A DNA stretch of 55,035 nucleotides, filler included, from Jimgerdemannia flammicorona (lineage: Eukaryota), in NCBI GenBank assembly GCA_003990765.1. It is 2 parts of 2 records of this genome, joined end to end, with 100 filler letters (N's around TTAATTAATTAA, not from the genome) between each part and the next. Parts side by side here need not be neighbours in the genome. Positions count along the whole stretch, not along the records: positions 1 to 27,496 come from RBNJ01000626.1; 1 more part is not named here. One strand, 5' to 3'. Positions within the stretch are counted from its first letter, which is position 1, and every line of letters begins with the position of its first letter. This document shows, piece after piece, positions 1 through 12,955 of this stretch. The notes beneath the pieces were generated by a model. It was not told the origin of the DNA and did not search any database. It was given only the letters and a program-made list of their open reading frames with translations. The position numbers and the translations under genes are program-made.

Positions 1-36
1 TTTTATAGTCCCTTGGACTTCATCTTTATTACCAAT

Positions 37-3000
37 CTATGAATAAGTATACAATACACCACCCTCTACCCTATCCCCATTGGGGGACCCCTCCCCACCT
101 CTTTATGTATAAAGACCACCCTCTCACCAATAACTCCAACTCTCCCACCACTCTGACCACAGATTTTCACCACCAAGCGGCACCTCCGACCCCCCTGCAG
201 CCCCCAACCAAGCTACCAGCCTGTCAAGGTATCCTCCATAAGGCACTGCCACCATGATAACCAGCTCCCCAAGCTCTGTCGCCTCCCCTTCTTAAATACA
301 AATAGCCAGTGACTGGCCAGCCCAACCCAAATAGCCAACACCCAGCCTAGAGTAATTCATTTCTCCCCTACCCCTCCTATCAATCGATCCCTCAGATCCT
401 CCCACCTCCCCTGTACATCATCACCCCTATGCCTTACCCCCAAGCAGTCCCCAATGGCCTGCCAAAAGTCACCCAACATCTCACACTCCCCAAGCCAATG
501 TTCTGGCATCTGTACAAATCCCCCTTCCAGCTCTACATTATGGCACTCCTCACAGTCAAAGCAGCCCCCTACAACAAGGTGTCCTGAGCGGAAGTTAAGC
601 ATTACATTCCTCCTCAGCATATGCCACCAGACCACCCAGTACTTCGGCAGCATCCAATTTTTCACCGCGGCACTCCAGGTCCAAACCCCCTGCCAGTCCC
701 ACTCCTCACCAATTCCGACTCCTTGCCAACCACTAGGCCACAGATCCTGGCCTGGTTCCCTTTGGCATTCGATTCCATCACCAATGTCGAAATCCAGTAA
801 AGGCATGCCTCCCAGAAGAATGCCATCCCATCTCCACATCACTGGGCCCCAAGCCCTCTCCCCCTCATCCCCTTGCCAGCAAATATCAATGCGGTGTGCC
901 CCCTCGGCTATCCCCCACCAGAAGCCTTTATATCACAGTTGCCTAGTGTTCTGAAGCCCAACTAATGAAAGAAGATCACCAGTTAAGCCTCTTGGAGATG
1001 TCTGCCTCTCCCATACCTTCTGCAGCAGGGGAACCCAGCCCCCTCCATGCAACTCCACCGCCCTCCTAAGCCACCATGCCCTCAAGCAGTGTAGTCTTTT
1101 GGGGAAGTCCACCAGCCCAAGACCACCTCTTGCCACTGGTAGGAATAGCATCTCCCAACCAATCTGACTCTGTCTGCCAGCCCAAATCCATCCCTTGGCC
1201 ACCTTCACCAATTGCTTCACCACCCAGACTGGGAAGTCCAGATGATAAGCCAAATACCACAGTTTTGGCAGCCAGTATATATTCAAAATCGAGATCCTTC
1301 CTATCAGAGAGAAGTGTCTTCCCCCCCAACCCCACAGGTCCTCCTCCCAAATTCCAATCCTCTGCTCCCACCACAGCCTGGGCAGAACAGACCGATAGAC
1401 TGACAAATATATGCCCAAGTACTGCACTGCCTCTCCGGTGGGGACAATTGTTCCAATAACCTCTCCACCCACCAGTCCATTGCCTAGCACCATTGTTTCG
1501 CACTTGTGCCAATTCAGCTTCACCCCAGAGTTCTCCTCATATCACTCCACTGTCTTCTTGAGCTCCTCGACATCCACAGTTACTCCCAAACCAACCACTA
1601 TGTCATCTACAAAGGCCCCAACTTTCCAGCCAATTCCATAGATAGAGAGCCCCACAATCCTCTACTGAATTCGGTCCATTAGAGGTTCCAAGGAAAGTGC
1701 ATTACAAAATGAGGGACAGTGGGTCCCCCTGGGGCACTCCCCTACCCAGAGGGAATGCTACTCCTCTATGCCCATTACACATGAGTGCAGCCCTACTCCT
1801 TTCCAGTAGGCTGACCATCGCTGCCTAAAATGGGACTGGAACCCCAATCCTATCCAACACTTTCGCTAGCCAGACTCGCTGCACCTGGTCATAAGCCTTC
1901 TCCTGGTCCAAGAAGACAAGACACTCATTCAGTCCACAGGCTTGAGCACCCTCAATAACTCTATGTACCCAGGCCATGCCATCTCGAATAAGCCAACCCT
2001 CTATGAAGCCCCTCTGCTCAACACCCACAATTTGTTGGGCCACCTTCTGCAGCCTTGCGACTACCACCTTAGTCACCAACTTTCTGTCCATATCTAGCAA
2101 CATTATTGGCTGCCAATTCTTCCAATTCTCTCACCTTCCCTTGTTCTTATAAAGCAGCATCACCAGCCCAAGATCCTGCTCCCCCACCCATCTCCCTGAC
2201 TACAATATAGAGTCACACAGTGCCATCAACTCTCCCAATATGCCCAGGACTCCAACCATTTACTTCCAGAAGTCCCAGGGGAGGCCATCCTCCCCAGGTG
2301 CCATACCTGAGGCTGTCGTGGCAAGAATCTGGTGGATCTCATCCTCCTTTACAGGCATCACCAGGTCACCTAATCCCTCAGCTCATGGAGGGTGCCAATC
2401 TTCTAATATTTGTTCAATAGTTGTAGCATTCGCCCCACTCTCCTCCTCACTCCACAATCCACTCCATCGCGCCTTCAGCATTCCAAGGATATCCTGTACA
2501 CCATGCACTAGTCTACCATCTGAGTCAAGTACCCCTTCCCACTGCTGCTGTACCCTTCTCGCTTGAAGCATCCTCATAAGAAACTTGGAAGGCCTCTCCC
2601 CTTCCTCCAGCCCCTGCCAACGAAGCCGCACTGCCAGGCCTTGTATCCTTGACTCTTCCTCTTCCCGCAGCACCTGTTGTAGTTCCCCAACCTCTATCTT
2701 CACCCTTGTTATTCTCCAATCCTCTTCTCCCTCCACTACTGCCAGACTCGCCCACTCCTCCAGAAGCCTAGCCAATCTAGTAGAAGCCCAATGCACTCTC
2801 TGCCTTCGCTGCCTCCCAGCCACTCTGCCAGCCTCGCTCCAATACATCCTGGCCATCTCTTTCATCCTCCTCCACTGAACTCCAATTGTGGCCCCTTCCT
2901 ACTACCAATTCGCCACCTTCATCTGAATGTCATTTGCCCACTCCTCTCACCGGGACTCATCATCCAATAAGGAGGAATTCAGGCACCAATGTCCAGGCCC

Positions 3001-3723
3001 ATCACCACTTCCCCCAAAACACCCCTGTTCCAAAAGACCCCAGTGGTCCGACCATGGACACCATTCTACCTCTAGCATCTTCCAAATGTCGTGGCCCCAG
3101 CAGTTGGCCATCAGAATCCAGTCAATCCTTGTCCCCAGACCTCCAGCCCAATGCATATATACCCTCCTGTCCCCCCAGTATTCCCTACCAGCATCCACTA
3201 GTACTCCTAGCCTTTTGACCTCCTCCCACATCACCAGCCCCCCACTCCTGCTCTCAGCACCCCATCCTCCATCAGTTCTATCCAGCTGTACATCCCGAAC
3301 CATATTGAAATCACCTCAAAGTATATCCAACCCAGCTTCAGCAAGGATCCCACTCTCCAGGAGCCCTTTCACCCAATCCACATGCTCCCCCCACACAGCA
3401 GGGCAGTAACAGGAGCCAACTGTAACTGGCTCCCAACCTGCATGAATTCACTCACCCCAGACCAGTCTCTCCCCCCAGCTCCTCACATTCTGTATCTCCC
3501 CTCTGCCTTTCCGAACCAGAATTCTGACCTTGCTGTTCCAAATCGCTGTGCCACCCCATTCCTTAGTCCATTCCATCCTATCAGAATCATCCTCACACCT
3601 GACATCCTGCAAGAGGAAGAGATCGGCCTCCAATCCCTTCAACTAAGTAAAAATGTTCCTGCATCTAACTGCGCCCCTTAGCCCATTCATGTTCAAAGAA
3701 AAAATGTTGGTTGTACTGTTCAT
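37..3723 (-). pseudogene. LINE ORF2: AP endonuclease, reverse transcriptase, C-terminal Cys/His motif
   Basis: Endonuclease motifs IFSLNMNGL, DLFLLQD, TRIDW and WSDH. RT motifs EQRGFI, FLDQEKAYD, PQGDP, FVDD and QYLGIYL. C-terminal C-x2-C...EH-x4-C. Contains stops and frameshifts. Confidence 0.93.
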
Positions 3724-3753
3724 AATGAAATATGGTTTGTTTGCAATCAATCC

Positions 3754-5760
3754 CTACTGCTCCATGCCCATCTCCTCCTGTGCCATGTCTAGATTGTATT
3801 CAGCCATCACCTCCTCCTCTTCAGCCCTCTGAGCCTTCAGTCCAGCCAACAGCTCATTCATCTCCTCATCAGCCTTCTCCTCAAACTCCTCTCTGTACTC
3901 GATGCAAGCCTCCTGCCAAAGCTGCAACCCATGATACCTGTTCCAACAGTACTCAGCCTTCTCCCCAGCGACAACCACCAACTCTGCCTCCCTCTCCTTG
4001 TCCACCTCATACCCTTCCTCCTCCAGATACACCACAAGAATTTCCGCCTTCAGTGCCATCACCACTCCTTCCCCCTGCAAAATTCTTGCCCAGTGCTTGT
4101 CACCCATCCCACGCAAGTCCACCTCCCCCAGCTCTTCTGCCGCCAGGTTGTTCATCATCCAGCATATCCAAAGTAGGTTTCCTACCTCCTTCCCACCAGG
4201 GGTCACCAGCCTCCCTTCGTCCAGCATCATGGTATCAGCTCCAGCACTCGCATCCTCATCCCACACCTCCAGGACATCCACCAGTTCCTCCTCCCCAGCT
4301 GCCACTACCTGGTCCCCATCCATTACCTCCGGAATGCTGAATTTCACCTGCTGGGTCCCCAGCATCATCATGTTCTCCCCAGATTTGTTCCTGGAAGCCG
4401 GGCCACACCTGATAAGAGAGGAAGGGGTGGAGGAGTTCTCCCAGCCTTCCTCCCAAACCTCCAAGGTGCCATCTACATATGGGTTGTTAATCATCACCTC
4501 CTTTGCCTTCCCTGTCTTTGCCCCATCATTTCCACTCCTCTCACCAGCCCAGACACTCGCTCCGGCCCCTTCTGCACCCGTCTCCATGCTTGCATCCTTC
4601 TGTGGTCCACCCCCCAGTTTAGCCAGCAGATTCTTCTGCCTCTTCCACCCCTGAGCCCTTTCCTACTGCACCTTGTCTACTCGAATCCTCTTCCCATCCA
4701 CTATCTCCAGGTGCATCAACTCCTTGAAAGTCTTCTAGGCCTTGGCACACCATTCCACAGCCCTATCCAGCTCCTCCAGTGCTTCTAATAAATCCTCCTC
4801 CTCTTCTTCACTTCCTTTCACCCATGTCACCTTGCACAGGAATGCACCCCAAACCATCACCGAAGGCCAGTCCCTCATCTTCCCAGTAGCCTCTTTTCCG
4901 GCCAGCCAAATCCTCACATCCACATCCCCAGTCCTGAGTGTGGTCCCTTCCCAGACCCTGAATCTGATATCTACCACCTCGCTGTACTCCACCATGACAT
5001 CCTCCACTCTCTTCCTCATCTCCATCGCCGTCACCATGGAGACTCCTTTCACCAGCAGTTGGACCACCCTCAGATCCCATTTCAAATACCTCACCATCAG
5101 AACACACACCTCTCCAACCACCAGCCCAACCCTCAGTGCCTCCTCCAGTGGTTTGACCTCCTCAAAACCTACCTCCACCCCCTCCAGTCCCTTCAGGAAC
5201 TTCACCGAAGCCGCTCCAGCTACCTGCTTAGTGATAAGCCCCAACACCATTTTCACCGTCACTGCTAAGCCCCGGAAACACAGCATGACTGTGAATGCCG
5301 AGATCGACTTCTTGAGTAACGGAGCCACTGCCAGTCCCATTACACCATCCGCCAGGTCCCCGGGCCTCATGCCCTTCCCACCATTTGGCTCACCATCAGC
5401 AGTCCCATCTAGATTTTTTTCCAGATCGCCCATTACACCCCCATCAGCAGTCCCCGCCCCAGCCGCTACCCCCCCAGCTCCACCCCTATGGCCCTCCAGA
5501 GAGGTACCCCCAAGAGATTGCTGCCTGGCAGCCTTCACTGGTATCTTCCCCCCTCACAGCCAGCTCTCCAGTCCAGCCCCTTGCTGACCCCCCTTCACCT
5601 TCTCCGCAAAGCTCACCCTGCCAGACCCTTGACCTCCAGCTCTGCCCCCTCCTCCACCATGGCCTCCTGCCAGCAGGCCCCTCATACTTCCCCCCAAGCT
5701 GGGGCCTCTCCCCACTTGCTGCCATTCAAATGCTCCAGGGCCACCCTACCCAGTATGCAC
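3754..5760 (-). pseudogene. LINE ORF1 (RRM-like region plus acidic C-terminal domain)
   Basis: ORF fragments 4735-5538 and 3754-4587 share one frame and are separated by stops. Homologous to ORF1 of the other copies. The start is approximate. Confidence 0.8.
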
Positions 5761-5863
5761 CTCCAGATACTCATTGGTCACCATAATACCAGTAGCTTTC
5801 CTCCAGAAACTGTGTCAAAAGTGTTGCCAAAGATTGTGTAACCTGAATGTTACCAGAGAAAGG

Positions 5864-8785
5864 ATGTCCTTTTCCTGTCTCTCTTCAGTACCCCTGAGTA
5901 TTCACCTTTAGCCTCCTCCAGTGGTCTCCAATCCCCAGGCCCTGGTCCTGCCATTTTCCAATGTTCCCAATGACCTCTGTTTCTCAGTCCATCCACAAAC
6001 CCCCATCCTCTAACAGAGAAGAATTTAGGTACCAATGTCCAGACCTGTCCTCCTTACCCCCAAACCTCTCCCCTTCCAGCAGCCCCCAGTGATCAGACCA
6101 CAGATACCAGACCACCTCTAGCATCATCCAGACATCTATACCTCAACAATTTACCATCACAATCCAGTCAATCCTGGAGCCCAGTCCTGCAGCCCAATGT
6201 ATATAAACCTGACAATTATCCCAAAACTATCTTCCTGAATCCACCAGAGAACTCAATCTCTCCAACATCCAATCCATCACTTCTACTCTACATTCCTCTC
6301 TCTCCATCTGTTCTGTCCATTGCCTTATCCTGCACCATATTGAAGTCACCCCCTAAACAGTCCAACCCAACCTCTCCTAAAATGCCAGCCTCTCTTAACC
6401 CATAAATCCAAACCACCTGCTCCCCTCTCTCAGCCAGGCAATAAATAGACCCCACTGTCAATGGGCTCCATCCAGGCCACTTCCACACTCCCCACACCAA
6501 CCGAGACCCCAATGTCCAATGTCTCCAATGTTCCCCATCCCTTTCCAATTGAGGATACTCACCCTCCCCATCCACACTGCAGCCCCCCATTCCTTGGTCC
6601 AATCCTGTAAGTTCACATCTGCCTCATAATAAACATCCTGTAATAAGAAGAGATCTGCATCCAGTTCCTTTAGCCAGCCAAATATATACTTCCTCCTTGT
6701 TGCCCCCCATAACCCATTTATGTTCAAAGAAAAAATCCTGGTTGTACTATTCATATTGAAAAATGTTTGCAAATAAGGTCCCATCCTAGTACTCTATGCT
6801 CATCTCATTTCCAGCCAGATCCAAGTGCCACTCTGCCTTCAAGTCACCCTCTGCAACAGTCTGAGCATCCAATGCCTCTAAGATCTCCTGACATTCCACC
6901 CCATCCACTACCTCTATCTCTGACTGGTAGTCTCTGCAGACTATATGCCACTTCTCCAATCCCTTTCTCAAGTTCCACAAGAATACCACTCTATTATTTG
7001 CAATCCCCCTAAGTTCCTCCTCCCACTAATTATCGACTTGATATTCCACTTACTCTAAGAGGACTGCCAGGATCTCATTTCTTACCTTCCTTGGTACTTC
7101 CTCCCCCCAAAGGATCTCCTCCCAATGCCTCTCTTCTATAACCTGAAAGTCCTCTCCTCTTAGCTCTTCAGCTACCACCCCTTCCAGAGTCTTCTACAGT
7201 CACTTCTCCTCATCCACCGCCTCTGCTACACCTTGGATGACCTGCCCCCCTTCTATCCCTTGGTCCACCATAGTGCTCCTCCTCACTGACTCATCCCACT
7301 CCCATCTGGGACATCCAGCAACTCCTCCTCCCCTCCCTCTCCTCTCAGGACACTATACTGAGGGTATATACCTTCACTCATTTCCACATCAGCCTCCCCA
7401 CCACCCTCCCTCACCTCACCCAATCCACTCTGAGCCCCACCCTGGGCCAACCGGCTTTCCCCAGCCCAGGCACTCTCTCTCAATCCTGTGTTGCCACCTT
7501 CTGTGCTACCACCTGCTCCACCCCCTCCCAGCTTCGCCAACAGCTCCTTCTGAATTTTCCTCCCCTGCATCTTCTCCCAGACCACCTGGTCCATTCTGAC
7601 CCTCTTTCCATCCACTTCTTCTACCACCATCCTGGCCACGTACTCCTTCCACACCACTTGTCTTCTCTCGACTACCCCTTCTAGCTCCTCTAGTGCCTCA
7701 AGCAAGTCCTCCTCCTCCTCCAGAGTCCCCTTCACCCTCATGACCCTGCACTCTACTGGCCCCCACCTCAGTGTTGCCAGTCAGTCCCTTGTCTTCCCCA
7801 TGTTCTCCTTTCCAGCCAATTGCACCCTGACATTGACATCTCCTATCCGGAGCTCAGTACCCTCTCAGACCTTGAACCCAACATCTACAATCTCCCCATA
7901 TTCCTTGACTGCCTCCACAATCAACTCTCTAGCCCTCTCCTTCAACACTGTCAGAAGATCCAAAACTGTCAACTGTACCACTCTGGGGTCCCAGCACATG
8001 CACCTGACCATAGGGACTATAATCCTGCCCACTGTTGCCCCCTTCTCCATGGCTGCCAGCAGTGCTTCCTCTTCCTCGAACCCCACCTCGACCTCTTCTT
8101 TCCCCTTAAAAAACTTCACCGAAGCTGCACCTTTTGCCTCCTGCACCACCAGTCCCAGGATCATCCTCACCATCACTGCCAGGCCCCTGAAATACATTGT
8201 GATCATGAATTCTGATCTCAATTTCTTGAGTAATGGTGCTGACACCATGCCCGTCACCCCATCTGCCAGGTCCCCAGGCCTTGTGCCCACCCCCTGTCCT
8301 GAATAAGCAGCCACTATCACATCTGGATTTTTTGCCAGATCTCCAGTCACAGCCTCATCATCAGTCATATCTCCTATCCCTACTTATCTTCCACCCTTAC
8401 CACCAGACACTCTCCCAGATACACCTCTCTGTCCCCCAGTAGCAGCCATTGATATCTTTCTCAGACCCAGCCAATCATCCAGATCCGAGACCATCCTCTC
8501 CATCTTAACCTTGTCTATAAAGATCAACCGCTCCCCTCCTCACTGCCTCAAGCTGCCTCTCTCTCTGCCCCCAGTGCCTCAGGTGGCCATTGAGGCCCCC
8601 GGCATCTCCAAACCATTACTCCTCCTCCCTACCTGCTGCCAGCCAAAGGCACCATCACCTCTCTGGCCAGCACACCCACTAGATTGATTGTTGCCATCCA
8701 TGTTGATAGTTGTCTGTCACCAAAAATATTGAGAAAAGTGTTGCTGAAGTCTTGTGTCACCTGAATGGTATGGGTGAAAGATGGA
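5864..8785 (-). mobile_element. LINE copy 2, 5' portion (ORF1 plus endonuclease), interrupted by copy 1
   Basis: ORF1 ~8701-6786. ORF2 starts MNSTTRIFSLNINGL at 6754 and has GGDFN and WSDH motifs. The sequence breaks at the 5' end of copy 1. Confidence 0.9.
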
Positions 8786-8789
8786 CCCT

Positions 8790-8978
8790 CCTTTTATCCT
8801 TCTTTTATATTCCTCAAGATGCCTGTACTGTGGTCACAATGACTCACAGTTGGTCATTATTGCTCATCTTGTAGCCTGGATGAGTCATGCCATATAATCT
8901 TCTTATGCTCTGATCTGGTAGCTTATAAGGAATTGCTGTCTCTTATGCTGATGTCATCATTCTGAGGTCACTGTTACA
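8790..8978 (-). repeat. 3' LTR of Gypsy A, first ~190 bp (remainder displaced by LINE copy 2)
   Basis: Matches 16210-16396 and begins TGTAACAGTGACC immediately after the PPT. Confidence 0.9.
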
Positions 8979-11900
8979 TCTTCCTCCTGAATAAGGATCT
9001 TCTTGAATATTCTTATTCATTAGTTCAGTCCTGAAAAATTTGCTGATTCCATAACCTCTGGCAAGGGGTCAAAAAGTGATATTTATAAGCTAATGTCTTC
9101 TCTATATATTTTGGCATAATGGTGAAGAGTCACTCCCTTCATATAGAGAAAGGACCTGATTCTGATCTTAACCAATCAGTTGACAGTTCAAACTCCTCTA
9201 GCTTTGAAAGTCTCATAAATGAGTAGTTACTAGTGCTATATCCCTTAGAGAATGGTCCAGACAGATTGCCTACTGGTCACAGGATATGCTGTTATGATTC
9301 ACAGACTAGAACCTCATGGGTAGTCATCATATTTTGCTTTTCTTGTATAGGTTTATGGTACTTCTTGAGTCTGTTCCTGTGTACTGTGATAGGCAGTATA
9401 GTTTTTGAGATTTTTTTAAACCAGAAGATAGTTCTTTTGATATCTTGTACATAGAAGGGTCCTTCCCATTTGGGCTCCAGTTTTTATGACTATGAGGCTT
9501 CTACTATATTTCAATACAGTAGGATATTTTCTCTGATTTGGATAGGTTCTAGGGTCTTGTAATTCTTTTCTGCATTTTTTCTTATTAGTACTTGTAACTT
9601 GATGATATAATCTTCAGTCTTCTTCCTGATTTGGTGTAGTCTCCAGATTTTCAAGTCAACTCATCTCCAAGTTAGGTCTAGATTTGTGGCTGAGGTTCTA
9701 TCAGAATCTTCTTCTCTGAAGAGCAGTTCTCTTAGAGTAAAGTGTGTGCTCTATGACTGTATATCTTATAAGATAGAGAGAGCAGTTGGGAGGTAGTTAT
9801 CCCAATTCTCATATATGTCTGAGATCTTTGCCAGGATGTTCTTGAGAGTCTTATTGGTTCTCTCTATCTGTCCATTTTCTTGAGGGTGGTACATGGTAGT
9901 CTTAATGTACTGAATCTTGTATTTCTGATATATTATCTTATGGAATCCATTGACAAATTCTGTACCACAGTCTGTGGTGATTTGCCTTGGTGTCTTATAG
10001 TAGCAGGTGATTTCTTAGTATAAGAAGTCAGCTATAAAGAGAGCATTGACTTCTTATAATACTCCTGCTTCTATCCATTTGATAAAGAGGTCTATAATAA
10101 CTATAATATAGCAGTTTCCTGATAGTATTACTGGTAGTGGCCCAATGATATTCATTACAATGTGGAAGAAGGAGACAAGCTCAATTCTTGATGACCTGGG
10201 TGCCTGGTCTTACTGATCTTATTTCTGTTTTTGGCACTTATCACACCCTTTGACAAATTGGTGTTGATCTTCTTCCATCTTGGGCTACTATATAGTTCTT
10301 CTTGCCTTATTATATGTATTGATTCCTCTTAAGTGTCCTTATTTGTGTACTTCCTTCATTACTTGATACTTCTTGTATTCAGATATTACAAGCTTTTCTC
10401 CTTTTCTGAGTATAGTATTATCTAGTTCAAACTGTTTCCAAGTCTGGTTGATAATAGTGATTGTTCAGAGTTCAAGGTGGTTGGGCATCTTCCACTGCCC
10501 AAGGTAGCTAATTAATCTATAGTATAACTTCTTATTCATGTTGAATAGTCTTGATGGTCATATTTCGAATATCTTTGAAAGTATATCAGCATTGGTGTTA
10601 GTTCTCCCTGAGTAGTGCTTGACAGTACAGTCATACTCTTATAGTCTGTAGATCTATCTGGTATATATTCCTCTGGAGTTCAGAGTGTGAAATAGCCAGG
10701 CAAGAGCAGAATGATCTATTTAAATAGTGAAGTATTTCTCAGCTAGGTAGTAGTGGAACATGTCTACTGCCTAAACTACTGCTAAGTATTTGAGCTTGCA
10801 TAACTCTTAGTTTTGTTCTGCTCTGTGGGTACCTCAGCTTATATAAGAGATGACATATTCATATCTATCTTTCTTCTGAGCTAAGACTGTTTCAAGTTCT
10901 ATAGCACTTGCATCTGTCTGCAGGATGAACTCTAGGTTCCAATCTGGTCTTCTAAGGATGGGTGCTTAGATCAATCTGGTCTTGAGTTCATTGAAGGTTT
11001 CTTAGCATTCCTTGGTCCATTCAAATTTAGTCTCCTTCTTCAGTAGCTTGTAGATAGATGTTGCAATATTGGAGTATCCTTTGATAAATCTTCTATAGTA
11101 AGAGGTCAGTCCAAGAAAGACATAGACTTCTATAGTTGTTCTGAGTCTCAGGTAGACTGCAACAGTCTCAATCTTCATGAAATCTATATGGATTCCAGTA
11201 TGATTGATGAGGTATCCTAGGTAGGTGATTTCCTGAGTCACAAACTTGCACTTCTTAGACTTGATATAGAGGCCATGCTCCTTGAGCTTCTTGAGGGCTA
11301 GCTATATATGGTTGATATATTCCCATATAGTATTGCTAAAGATGATCACATCATCAATATAGACAAAGAGTAATTTTCCAATCTCATTGCTAAAGACTCT
11401 ATTCATCATTCACTAAAAAATTGCTGGGGTATTGTATATTCCAAATAGTATTTACAGATAGATATAGATGGCATTAGGTATAATGAAGGCTAATTTCTCA
11501 CTGACATCTTGAGTGAGACCAATCTGATAGAAGCCTGAGAATAGATCCAAGGTGGTGTAGTATTTGGCTTTACTTCCAAGAGTGGTAAGGATTTTTTAAA
11601 TATTTGGCAAGAGCTGCTTATCCTTTTTGGTAATTATATTGAGCTTCCTATAGTTAATGTAGAGTCTTAGGGCAAACTCTCCAGACTTACTTCCTTTCTT
11701 TGGGGTAAAGACAATGGGTGAAGCCCAGAGACTGATAGCTTGTTTAATAATTTTGGCTTCTTCCATTTCCTTGAGTTCTGCTTGCAGCCATTCTCTATAG
11801 GCAGGTGGTATAGGTCTGGCTTTCTGGTAGATGGGCTTAGTATCACCAGTATCAACTTCATAGTAGTACTTGGGTTCTTGATTGTGGATATCCCTGAAGT

Positions 11901-12049
11901 CTATAGTAAGTACTTCTTCATTCTAGTATAGGATCTTGAGAAGTTGCTCTTCCAGGGAAAAGTTTTCTCCAATAGTATATATGTGCTTATTCTGGTCCTT
12001 ATCTTTCTTGTACTCAAGTTTAGTAATCTTGGTGGCAGTATAGACTCCT

Positions 12050-12430
12050 CTTCCAGTAGATCCAAAGCCTTGTTCTCCTCTCTTGGTCTTGATGAGTTTG
12101 ATGGCTTCAGTGATCTTGGGCTTATTGATTTCATGAATCAGCATCTGATCAATCCTATTATACTTCTTGACTTCAAATGGGGTGGTAGGGTTGTGATTCC
12201 TAACTATGAGGAAGATCTTACCAGTATAATCAGGATCAATTACTCCTCCTTCAACTGAGATTTCACCTTTGGCCAGACTGCTCCTGGTCTTGATAATTCC
12301 AGCATAGTTCTCTGGAAACTTGACCCCAATTCTAGTACCAAGTAGAGTGGTGGTCTGTGGTTTGAGAGTAGCATCTTGAATGCTGGCAAGGTCTATTTCT
12401 ATGGCTCCTTCAGTCTTATATTCTGAGATT
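12050..12430 (-). pseudogene. dUTPase domain of Gypsy A, between PR and RT
   Basis: Trimeric dUTPase motifs RSSLA, GGVIDPDYTG and RGEQGFGSTG. Confidence 0.9.
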
Positions 12431-12839
12431 TTGGCTTTGGGGTGAAACTTCTTAACCTTGAGGGTGATGTCTGGTTCTTGTTCCTCCTCATTATTACTGT
12501 CATCTTGAAGCTCTGGGGGCTGGTCATCTTCTTTAGCTTTCTTTTTTGCTTCAGTAGCTTCTTACTTATGCTTCTGTTGACAGATTTTCCTGACTTCACT
12601 GATACAGGACCAGCAGTCATTCAGGTGTTCAGAGCAGTACATTCTAGTACCATGGGGGCATCTTCCTTGAGGGGCATAGCCATTGATGATCTTGTTGTAT
12701 CACTGCTCATCTGTGAGCTTGGGTGTCTTGTTCTTATTCTTGTTCACTGAGTGTATGAAGACTTCTGTGTTCTCTTCATCTCCTTTCTTCATGTCTGGTA
12801 GAACTTCTTTGTGGACATTGATAGAGACTTGTACCTTTA

Positions 12840-12955
12840 GTCAAGTCCTTCGGGACCGCTGACACTTGAAAAAATTGGAATGATACAGAGAAGATTAGCA
12901 TGGCCCCTATACAAGAATGATACTATCTTCCTGAGTGAATAGCCCTATATGGGCA
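12840..12955 (+). ncRNA. U6 snRNA retrocopy (pseudogene)
   Basis: 5' stem GTCC-TTCG-GGAC, then the core ATACAGAGAAGATTAGCATGGCCCCT. Flanked by the 17-bp TSD AGAGACTTGTACCTTTA (12823-12839, 12956-12972). Confidence 0.93.

Larger units (their letters stand above)
1..5863 (-). mobile_element. Full-length L1/Tx1-like LINE, copy 1 (decayed)
   Basis: ORF1 plus APE-RT ORF2 on the minus strand. The 3' end reads AATAAAGATGAAGTCCAAGGGACTAT-poly(A) at the window start. The 5' motif ATTCAGGTTACACAA is shared with copies 2 and 4. Confidence 0.92.

Noticed and set aside
3721..3756. ORF1 TAG in frame with the ORF2 ATG (possible read-through)
   Set aside because: In frame in copies 1 and 4 (30- and 33-nt spacers) but not in copy 2 (31 nt), which is compatible with chance.
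3732..5841. Long plus-strand Pro/Ser-rich ORFs (also 7740-8306 and 52458-53294)
   Set aside because: Antisense shadows of purine-rich LINE ORF1 codons.
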